A stretch of DNA of 64,000 nt from Octopus bimaculoides. Its lineage: Eukaryota. The notes under the pieces are model-generated. The model had not been told where the DNA came from. It saw only the letters and a list, made by a program, of their open reading frames with translations, and did not search any database. Shown here piece after piece: positions 13,522-22,535 of the stretch; the first letter of the stretch is position 1; each line of letters opens with the position of its first letter. Made by a program: the position numbers and the translations under genes. The stretch is from positions 69,119,720 to 69,183,719 of the forward strand of contig NC_068990.1 of assembly GCF_001194135.2 (NCBI RefSeq). The letters run 5' to 3'.

Positions 13522-14022
13522 TCATACGTTGTAGCCGACGGGAGAATCCATCATATGTCTGTATATTATATACCCTTGTATCGCCCAGTAGGGTTCGTTC
13601 GAAGCAACCGAACTCCCACTAACAGGTTGCGTATAAGAACACAGAACCATAATTAAAATAATTAACAGAATATCGACTTTCAGCTTGATCAAGTCTCTAC
13701 TACAATAGACACAGGTTGATCCAAGCCCCATAAGTGATATTAAGTAAATAAAAACTATAAAGAAGCGTGTTGAATGGATTGAAGATCTTCGACTTGACCT
13801 ATCACTCGGTTTACCTATCCCAACTGACCCACGAATATATTTAACAGACTTAACCATTTTGCGAATGTTGTAAATGGCTTCTTGACCAGAGGATAAATCG
13901 ATATATTGATGTTCTATTTCCCAACGCAACAAACTCTGTGTTTCTTCCATTTCTCGCCTATCCAACCAGTCTCCGGGAGTCGAGTCAAAGTCGTGGCCGT
14001 TGCTCTTCCTCCCCTGACTCGG
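13522..14022 (-). CDS. Longest non-repetitive ORF in the window (167 codons stop to stop); possible exon of a membrane or secreted protein
   Basis: GRKSNGHDFDSTPGDWLDRREMEETQSLLRWEIEHQ...RFFIVFIYLISLMGLG...VDILLIILIMVLCSYTQPVSG...NEPYWAIQG. Pyrimidine tract and TCAG| acceptor at 14014, possible donor GG|GTATAT at 13574. No family recognised. Confidence 0.35.
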   Translation of the reverse strand, partial: PSQGRKSNGHDFDSTPGDWLDRREMEETQSLLRWEIEHQYIDLSSGQEAIYNIRKMVKSVKYIRGSVGIGKPSDRSSRRSSIHSTRFFIVFIYLISLMGLGSTCVYCSRDLIKLKVDILLIILIMVLCSYTQPVSGSSVASNEPYWAIQGYIIYRHMMDSPVGYNV

Positions 14023-14298
14023 TTATAAAAGAAATAAAGGTTTTAATCTGAAAATGCTTCAATTTTTGGTCAGGAACAAAGGTCATGGCCAGGGCCTCTC
14101 ATGCTGCTGGGGACTCTTCATGCTAGAGACTAGATCCGAATGATTATACAACAGATTGAATTCTGCTACAGCAACTCTATGATTAAGTATCTTATGCAAG
14201 AATTGATTTGAACTCAGGACGCAAAGACCGGAAAGGAATGCTGCAAGGGATCGTTTCCGATGTTCTAACAATTCTTTCAGTCTACTGCCATTTACTGA

Positions 14299-14440
14299 CG
14301 GCGCGTGGCCAAGTTGTTAAAATATTGTACTTACGACTGTAAAATCGTGATTTCGATTCCCGGACCGGGCGGAGCGTTGTGATCTTGAGAAAAATTTTCC
14401 ATTTCATGTTGCTCCATTCCACTAAGCTGCAAGGAATTAC
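14299..14440 (+). mobile_element. SINE family C, 5' part (tRNA-derived head plus central box), diverged
   Basis: GGCGCGTGGCCAAGTTGTT..TTCGATTCCCGG..GCGTTGTGATCTTGAG..TTCATGTTGCTCCATTCCACTAAGCTG, homologous to 20797-21115. Confidence 0.7.
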
Positions 14441-15019
14441 AAGAACAGCTAGAAAATTACACCTGCCCCGGGCGGGCGTCTCGCTCTCGAGGAAGTACCT
14501 CAACCATTTGCACACGTTAGAACCTGGGTCAAGCTCCGGCTTTATGAGTCTTATGGATCATGACAGACCTAAGAAGGGACAGTCCTTTATCATCCTAGAA
14601 AGCACGAAAGGCAAAATAAACATCTGCGAGATTAGAACTCAGTATACAAGGAGACCGATTAGATATTTAGACCAGTGCCTGCATCACTATTCTCCCAAGC
14701 CATTGAAAAAAATTGCCTGCTCAAACGGAATATGTTTATATTGCCAAAAGGCATAAATAAGAATTAAATATTTACAAAAGTAACGACCTATATTGCACAA
14801 CACAAAAATCAAATCAATTTTCACCAATTATGAAAGTAAGAGAATATTCTCCAAGATTCACTCACTAGAATACTAAGGTGCCGAAAGAAACTCTTCCCTT
14901 TACTCCAAAAATTAAATTTTAAAAATCACATGTAAAATATTTTGGTAATATTATAGTAAGTTCATAAAACAGCATTTAGGTTTTTAATAAATTAAAACAT
15001 ATAATGGAATATTTAACAG

Positions 15020-15139
15020 TCTGGGAGCTAGAAACGTGTATTGACGAGCACAAAATCGAACAGATTAAACATTTTCTTTTTAATCTGTCCCAGTTGGATG
15101 AAAGACGTGACTTGAATTTAGAATGTTTTAAATCATTTG
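15020..15139 (+). CDS. Candidate internal exon (phase 1-1), product unknown
   Basis: TTTAACAG| 120 nt, WELETCIDEHKIEQIKHFLFNLSQLDERRDLNLECFKSF, |GTTGAA (weak donor). Confidence 0.3.
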
Positions 15140-15344
15140 GTTGAATTTTTTCCACTTCTGACAACACCTATTTTTAAAAGTTGTTATATATTAGAATTAA
15201 CATATATTGTGTGCAATATCAGTTCAAATATGCTTGCGTTTCACTGCAATTTGTCGAACAAGATCGTGACTAGATAAGCGAAGCAATGACAGAGACGATT
15301 TTGTTTTCGCCTGGCGGCCATTCTGCTCTGTCTATCAGAATATT

Positions 15345-15550
15345 AGTTACAAATTTTAGTACAAGACTACCAATTTCGTGTTAGTTGATTACATCGACTC
15401 TAGTGTTCAACTGGTATTTATTTTGTCGAACCCGAAAGGATGAAAGCAAAGTCAACATCGGCGGCATTTGACCTCAGGATGTTAAGAAGGATGAAATGCC
15501 GCTAAGCATGTTGCCTGGTGCGGTAATGATTCTGCTAACTCGCCGCCTTA
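15345..15550 (-). mobile_element. SINE family A (tRNA-derived)
   Basis: Reverse complement of the family-A pattern GGCGGCGAG..GCAGAATC..TAGC..GAGGTCAAATGCC..GACTTTGCTTTCATCC..TCGAC..AAATA..CCAG..GTCGATGTAATC. Confidence 0.8.
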
Positions 15551-15994
15551 TTATTGACTGACTTCCAATTAACAGAGCTTCACTTTACTTTTAGTTATCT
15601 GATGCTGAAGAAAACTAACGAGGTCGAAATGTATGTGTCAGTCTACTAGAGAGCTCTAATATCTTTTTCTCTTAAGAGTGCATGTTTTTCTCTCCACGAC
15701 AAACTGCAAAGCCTTTTACAAGTTCAAATCTCTATCAATTATATCTAAACTAGTCTTAACATATATTGATATCTGAATTAGGGAAAAACGTCACAAGTTT
15801 GATGGTGAAGAAATGATCAATGACGTCGAACTCAGTTCTTAATGGGTATTTTATTTTTTCTGCGTAATAAATACTTCGGAAAACACGCAAGCAAACGGGC
15901 CTCACAAGGATTTGAAAGTAGGAGGTAATGTGTCATAACTAGAAACTGCAAATCGATTTGTTAGTGCGTTTACCGACTGTATTGATGTACTTCG

Positions 15995-16295
15995 AGCTGG
16001 CAGAATCACTAGAGCGTCAAAGAAAATGCTTTGCAATATTACTTTCGGTTCTGAGTTCACAGTTCGAATCCCAAAGAGATCAACTTTGACTCTCAAGATT
16101 ACGGGTTCGATAAAATAAAGTTCCAGTGAATTACTGAGAATAGTATAATTGAGGAATCGCCGCACCCAAAATTTCGACTCTTGAGCCAATTTTGAAAAGA
16201 AATAAGAATTTGGTTCGATTCCTTTGACTAAACTTTTTCAGGACGGTGCCCCAGCTTGACCGTAATCGAATGATTGAATAAAGATACATATATGT
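15995..16295 (+). mobile_element. Diverged SINE family A followed by a family-B tail
   Basis: GAGCTGGCAGAATC..GTTCGAATCCC..TCAACTTTG..TCGATAAAATAA..CCAG, then TTTGACTAAAC..GGACGGTGCCCCAGCTTGACCG. Confidence 0.65.
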
Positions 16296-16385
16296 AGTTA
16301 TGATTCGAACATCTAATGACACACGTGCTTCTTTTTCTATTTTTCATCCCACTTTTTTCTCATCTCAGGGCTCTTCCTCACATCT

Positions 16386-16412
16386 CTGACGAAGGACTAT
16401 ACTCGAAACGTC
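16386..16412 (+). ncRNA. Minimal hammerhead-ribozyme-like core
   Basis: CTGACGA(16386-92)-AGGACTATACTC-GAAAC(16405-09)-GTC(16410-12). All conserved core nucleotides and a GUC triplet are present, with the palindromic ACGU stem III of minimal hammerheads. Stems I and II are imperfect. Confidence 0.45.
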
Positions 16413-16807
16413 AACTTACTCTTTATAATATTTCTTTTCGAACGTCGAACTGATAATATTCACTGTGAATATCCTTTGGACTTCTTTTGTTTTGTGTTTA
16501 AATTCATCGTTTGTTTTTGATTTACCTGTGTGTGCGTGTGTCTCTATGTGTGTGTCTGAGTGCGTGTGTGTGTCTGTGTGTGTGTACCTGTGTCTGGCTG
16601 GCTGTCACAAAAACACTTTGCACGAAACTAAAAGTTCTACGCTGGCGGCAAGTTTTAATCCCTTAAGATATGAAATAACTTTTAAATTTATGACTGCTAT
16701 TGCTATGAGAGATCATTCAGTTCTTAAATTTTATGGAGAAACCAAACATAAATAATATCTATTTTCATCTCATGAGGGGACAGTATGTTAGTACTGTAAA
16801 TTATCAG

Positions 16808-16883
16808 GCAACATTTTAACATACCAAAACAGCATAGAGCTTTACAACATTGTCTCTGACAGTTTTTACACGTTCAACAATTG
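16808..16883 (+). CDS. Candidate internal exon (phase 1-2), product unknown
   Basis: ATTATCAG| NILTYQNSIELYNIVSDSFYTFNN |GTAAAT. Phase-compatible with the end of 15020-15139. Confidence 0.25.
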
Positions 16884-17448
16884 GTAAATTTAGTGCATCT
16901 AATCTACTGCGTTAACTAGAACACAGCACTGCATCGGCGTTGGAATATTAACTGAGCGGTTTTTCAACCATAAGCATCACACCTCGTAGACCCTTGTGAT
17001 TTCTGAAGATATATGAAGATTCTTGAAGATAAAGTTTACTTTTGAAAAGCGATTATATAAAATGAAAGTAGAAATCACAACTTCAGTGGGAAGAAGCGAC
17101 CAAAATAAATGAATATATTAAAATAGAAATCATAATTGTGTTGAGATAATTTATGAGCTCACAGGTATTAGTTAATCATAACGTAGGACATTTAGTCATT
17201 TAAAACGAACTTTTGAACATTTTAAATGAATGCGTGAGTATGAGTTCGAATGTATATTCACTTAAAAAATAGTCTGCTGTCACCTGCAAACGTGTATGGA
17301 TTAGTAAACATGCACAGTGCCTTCCTAACTGTTTTAGGTTACTCTATAGTCGTGAGTAGATGTAGACATCATTTTAGCACTTCCAACCTTTGACCTGATA
17401 TGTGTGTGACTGCAGGTGGCATATATATATATATATATNNNNNNNNNN

Positions 17449-17498
<50 letters not shown>

Positions 17499-17504
17499 GC
17501 CATA

Positions 17505-17888
17505 TTGGAGCACTGAACTCTGGTCGTTTTTTTCCATTCTCTCTCTGTTTATTTCCTCATACCTTTCTGTGAAAGACTTTTCTATTTTTCCCGAGCGTCA
17601 AACCATTTCTTGTTGTTCCTACACCTGTCTTCGTTTTTCTATAATTTGAAATATATATATATATGTATGTATGTATATAAACTTACTTGGAAATCGATAG
17701 AGAGAATGTCATGTTGGACCACTGAACACTACATGTTTTTTTCCCATTCTCTCTATTTATTTCTTCTTATTCCTTTCTGACGAAGAGCATAGGCTCGAAA
17801 CGTGAAGCACTTTTCCATTTTTCCCGAGCGTCAAACTAATAGACTTGCTTGTTGTTCTACACTTGTCTTCGTTTTTCTATAAATTTGG
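17505..17888 (+). repeat. Two tandem ~145-175 bp direct repeats; second copy carries a hammerhead-like core
   Basis: Copies at ~17505-17650 and ~17714-17888 share TTGGA.CACTGAAC..CCATTCTCTCT..CCTTTCTG..TTTTCCCGAGCGTCAAAC..TTGTTGTT..CTGTCTTCGTTTTTCTATAA. Copy 1 lacks the 23-nt segment ACGAAGAGCATAGGCTCGAAACG. Confidence 0.85.
17773..17807 (+). ncRNA. Minimal hammerhead-ribozyme-like motif (probably inactive, GUG triplet)
   Basis: CTTT-CTGACGA-A-GAGC-ATAG-GCTC-GAAAC-GTG-AAG. Perfect 4-bp stem II, extra A after the core, and short stem I CTTT/AAG. The triplet GUG violates the NUH rule. Confidence 0.5.
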
Positions 17889-18337
17889 ACTATTATTATC
17901 AGTAATATATTTAACTGAAAAGGTTTCTCTGTATGTCATATTATACATGTCCAGTGATATACATTAAACGGACTACATGTTTATACGCATGCCTGAAGAC
18001 AAAAATTATGGTCAACGTTATTTGAAATTTTCACTTCGCGGATCAGTCTTACGATGTATTCATACAATTTGATTTGTTTTTGTGATATAAGACATCTAAA
18101 AATATTTATTGCATAGTGTTTACTCTCTGATGCTTTAATACGTACATTTTGTTTTTATTGTTCCTCCGTAGACAGAATTATTTTTATTAAAGCTTTATGT
18201 TTAGTTGTGTGTTATTTTTTCATTTAATATCTCTTATTAATTCATCATTGCTTTTTAATATTAAATGCGCGTTCTGTTGATAGCTGCTTTGTAATATTTC
18301 CTCTTCTAGTTCTCTGCTTAAAATTTTTATATTTTAG

Positions 18338-18547
18338 ACTGATGCATCACCTCTATATGTTCGTTCGACATGCCAGAAATACCAGCCAAATCACCCTCTC
18401 TTCACACCTTTTCAAGTACTTAAGGACCTCGAATAAATGTTTAACTACTAGGAGTGAGGCTTTTTCTTGCTATCGGCATTTAAAAAAATACATCTTAGCT
18501 GAAATTAAGACACATCCATCTAATACTGACGTAATTTTTCGATACAC
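18338..18547 (+). CDS. Candidate internal exon (phase 2-2), product unknown
   Basis: TTTTTATATTTTAG| 210 nt open frame LMHHLYMFVRHARN...HPSNTDVIFRY |GTAAGA. Both splice sites are strong. An alternative phase-1 acceptor at 18310 is also in frame. Confidence 0.4.
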
Positions 18548-18689
18548 GTAAGACATTTTTTTTTTATGTTGAGGTTCATCCACGAAACCCTGAGTTGCTA
18601 TTTTNNNNNNNNNNTATATATATATATATATATATATCCTCTGCATGACATCCTGCTAGTTCAAATCCAGGAATCTGATCTGTTAGGTC

Positions 18690-18870
18690 CTGCCGATAAC
18701 TAAATCCACGCCCTGCTGCCGACGCTTCGATTTACTGTCATTTAGGTTATGTCTGTCGCCTACCCTTCGACCTGTCTGGCCTAGTAAGACCTGCCTGAAG
18801 ATTTCTCTCCCGCCAGCATAATTCTCCAAGTCAATGGAGCAGACAGGCACTTCATCGCGATAAGGTACTT
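18690..18870 (-). mobile_element. RTE/BovB-like LINE 5' UTR fragment
   Basis: Minus strand ACCTTATCGCGATGAAG..CTCCATTGAC..TATGCTGGCGGGAG..CCAGACAGGTCGAAGGGTAGG..CAGAC resembles the 5' UTR pattern I recall for RTE-clade elements. No ORF follows. Confidence 0.5.
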
Positions 18871-19303
18871 GTTGAATTAGTTGTTGACTACTGAGTATCT
18901 CTTTTGCCTTTTGACGGGTCTTATTTTTCGTCTCGCAAGGTGTCCAACTATCACTCTCCTCGCCAAGCATTTAGTCACTGACGACCCGACCATGCGGTAG
19001 GATGTACTGGGTTACATGTTACCAGTAGCGCTCAAGAGCGGCCTGTCACCAAAATTCCGTAATTGCGTAGCTCTTTATGGCTACTTTGGACAACAGCGTT
19101 CCTAAGCTTGCTAATGCTAGGCTATCCTGTCACAAACCACCTGTAATACTAAAAGAAACGTTAAAGAAGTCTTTGCTGACCTGTACATACCGTATTCTTT
19201 TCCGTTGTCCACATGGCTACCAAACCAGTAAAAATGGAGAGGCTATGGGTTCCGTACCCAGTCCCATATTTGCGATGTTCTATATATTAACGAGGAAAGG
19301 CAC

Positions 19304-19456
19304 AGGCGTGGCTGTGTGATAAGAAGCTTGCTTCCTAACACATTGTTCCTGGTTCAATCCCACTGCATTGCACCTTGGGCAATGTCTTCTGCTATAGCTT
19401 CGGGCCGACCAAAGCCTTGTGAGTGGATTTGACAGGCGGAAACTGAAAGAAGCACG

Positions 19457-19532
<76 letters not shown>

Positions 19533-19795
19533 GAGAGAGAGAGAGAGAGAAGGAGAGAGAGAGAAAGTGTGTCTTTGGGTCTGTGTTTCTTCCCCTACCA
19601 TTTCTTCAAAACCGCTGTTGTGTTTACGTCCCCGTAACTTAACAGTTTAGCAAAAGAGACCTATAGAATAAATATAACTTTTAAAAAAATAATAAGTCCT
19701 GGGATCGATTTCTTCGACTAAAAACACTTTAAGGCGGTGCCCCTATATGGCCGAAGTCAAATGACTGAAACAAGTAAAAGATAAAAGATAAAAGA
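19304..19795 (+). mobile_element. Full-length SINE family B with internal (TG)n(GA)n microsatellite
   Basis: Head AGGCGTGGCTGTGTG..GGTTCAATCCC (A/B-box-like), GCACCTTGGGCAA box, CCGACCAAAGCCTTGTGAGTGGATTTG, microsatellite ~19458-19565, 3' half, (ATAAAAG)n tail. Confidence 0.9.
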
Positions 19796-20302
19796 AAGGT
19801 GTGTTATGATCATATTAAACACGGCCGAATACAATCGGTTGGGGAAGAACCATTCGCTGCAGAAATAGTGTCCCGAAACATTTCTTTTCATGGAAAATGT
19901 GTTGAAACACATCACTGAGAAATGAATGATGTCATCTGATCGTAGGATGCATGTGTTTCTGCATTGTTACGCTTCATCAGCTACGAATACCGAATCAATC
20001 AGCCACAGCCCTGAAATAACTGTGTTTCTTATGTATATATGATCAGCAAATAATACATTCACTGACATGCACTAAGCTTTATCTTTTGGTTAACCAGTGG
20101 TGCACAAAGCAGGGTTAAATTAAATATATATGTGTTCAATCATATTTAACACGTTCCCATACACTGCGAGAAGACCTTTCGCTGCAGCAATAGTTTCGGA
20201 TGAAAATATCTCCTCATAGACATTATGTGAAAAAACACGAAATCAAAGTCATTCTAAGATTTAAAAACCCATTATCTACGCCTCGTACTGTTGCTGACAT
20301 AG

Positions 20303-20366
20303 CCATTGGACTAATATAGAAGGACAGGCTGAAAGACTAACAGAAAATCTCGAAATAATTCCTCTT
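20303..20366 (+). CDS. Candidate internal exon (phase 2-0), product unknown
   Basis: CTGACATAG| C-HWTNIEGQAERLTENLEIIPL |GTAAAT, with an in-frame stop just upstream of the acceptor. Joins in frame to 18338-18547 (AC+C = Thr). Confidence 0.3.
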
Positions 20367-20796
20367 GTAAATGCCTAGTTCAAGAAAACTAGCATAAATT
20401 TGCATAGCAATATCACTGCATTCGTAGATATAAAGGAAGAAATAAGAAACGTTATATAGCACTGTAGTATACACGACACAAAATATAAACACCTCCTTAT
20501 ACATGCAAGGAGGTTGTGAGTGAGGGTAACGAAAGATACAAAATATCAGTAGTCGATTGGATTAGAGCATCTTGTAAATTCTCATCTACTAAGAAAAACT
20601 TTTAATAGATCTTACAAGTGAAATACGTTTCAGGTGTTGCACTCATGTTCGGAAGGTCGTGATTTTTACTGATTCCCAGAATAGTTGACGCGTTGTGGTC
20701 TTAAGCAAAACTCCGCATTTCCCGTTGATCCTGTTCACCGAGCTGTAAACAAGTAACGCTGCGACGGACTGGTATCTCGTTAATCCATACAAGGAG

Positions 20797-21115
20797 GAGC
20801 ACTCCGTCGGTTACGACGACGAGGGTCCCAGCTGATTCGATCAACGGAACAGCTTGCTCGTGAAATTAACGTGCAAGTGGCTGAGCACTTCACAGACATG
20901 TGTACCCCTAATGTAGTTCTCAGGGAGATTCAGCGTGACACAGAGTGTGACAAGGCCGGCCCTTTGAAATACAGGTACTACTCATTTTTGCCAGCTGAGT
21001 GGACTGGAGCAACGTGAAATAAAGTGTCTTGCTCAAGGACACAACGCGTCACCGGGAATTGAGCCCACGACCTTACGATCGTGAGCCGAATACCCTAACC
21101 AGTAAGCCACGCGCC
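20797..21115 (-). mobile_element. Well-preserved SINE family C
   Basis: Minus strand GGCGCGTGGCTTACTGGTTAGGG..GGCTCAATTCCCGG (A/B boxes), GTTGTGTCCTTGAGCAAGACACTTTATTTCACGTTGCTCCAGTCCACTCAGCTGG central box, and a 3' region shared with 22962-23342. Confidence 0.9.
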
Positions 21116-22090
21116 TTCACTAACCTATATATGCCCATAAAACAATGAAGTCTTAAAATTTCACTGTATTTAGATTAAACGTTATGGTAAGCTTTCACAA
21201 TCTGGCAGAGAAGGACAGTATGCAACTCTCAGCTATGGGTGTCGACTACCCCCTGAACATTTCGAATGCTCGGTCAGATGCTTCCCGGCGAGTTCATATC
21301 CAAACAAGTAGGAGCAGGATTTGCGTTGCAAAAATGCAACCAGGGTAACTATGGGTTAAGCGAGGCATATTATGATCCCAGTCACTTATACGTTATGGGA
21401 ACTGGAAAACCAGCCCCGAATCCTAGGACTCCGAACAAAAATATCCGAATGTCGGTGATGACAATGACGTACCCAATTAAATTTATCGCTCTCTCTCCCT
21501 CTCTCTCTCTCCCTCTCTGTAGAACTATCTGTGAGCGAGTGCATTCCCATAGATAAATCAAATCCATTATACAGAAAAAAAATACACAAACAGTACAGTA
21601 GATACCAGTGACGTTATTAAATCTTGTAAAATATAACACAGAGTGTATGACTGAACAAATATAAGTTCATAGTTCGAACAGATACTTAAAAAAAAAAAAT
21701 CGAGAATGTAAAATTTTCTCACCAGTCTGAAACCACAAAGTTTCACGCCATAGACCGAACTTCAAACAGCAATATATTGTGCAGTATGGTATGCATTGAA
21801 CTTACTTCAAACAACCAATATGAGGAAGTATGAAAGTTATAAACACGAAAGTTGTAAACTTCATGACAAAAGCTCTTAATAATGAGAAAATATGAAAAAA
21901 AAATATTTAATAAAAAACTTTTTAACTCGAACTGTGACATATCGAAAAGTTCTTCCTCTCTTTCTTTCTTTCTTTCTTTCTTTCTCTCTCTCCCTCTCTC
22001 GCCTTCTTTCTATTTCCACCTATCTCTCTTTCTCTTTCCCTCCCTCTCACTCTTTTTCTCTCTTTCTCTTTTCCTCCCTCCCTCTCTCTC

Positions 22091-22143
<53 letters not shown>

Positions 22144-22375
22144 NNNNNNNNNNNNNNNNNNNNNNNNNNNNNNNNNNNNNNNNNNNNNNNNNNNNNNNNN
22201 NNNNNNNNNNNNNNNNNNNNNNNNNNNNNNNNNNNNNNNNNNNNNNNNNNNNNNNNNNNNNNNNNNNNNNNNNNNNNNNNNNNNNNNNNNNNNNNNNNNN
22301 NNNNNNNNNNNNNNNNNNNNNNNNNNNNNNNNNNNNNNNNNNNNNNTACACACACATGTGTATATATATATTTAT

Positions 22376-22421
<46 letters not shown>

Positions 22422-22535
22422 GCATACATACATACATATATGCATGCATACATACATATATATATATAGTATGTATGTATTATGTATGTATTATGTATGT
22501 ATGTATGTATGTATGTATGCGTATATGTACGTACG

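Noticed and set aside
14379-14756. 125-aa plus-strand ORF
   Set aside because: It starts inside a family-C SINE and ends in a degenerate family-A SINE, so it is a chimeric chance ORF.
13420-15060. Joined peptide FLLSAFLK..IIANHLFWELE resembling the PI3K/PI4K helical-domain motif
   Set aside because: No LxQALKYE-like motif upstream and no kinase-domain motifs (FKxGDDLRQD) in downstream candidate exons. Treated as coincidence.
15605-15640. CTGAAGA..GTCGAAATGTA hammerhead-like spacing (similar weak cases at ~44400-44430 minus and ~50528-50565)
   Set aside because: Core or stem mismatches are too many to distinguish from chance without a family consensus.
21040-21115. tRNA-like sequences (also ~23270-23342, 19304-19365 and 40675-40740)
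   Set aside because: They have A/B boxes but continue into SINE bodies and lack a complete cloverleaf, so they are SINE heads and not tRNA genes.
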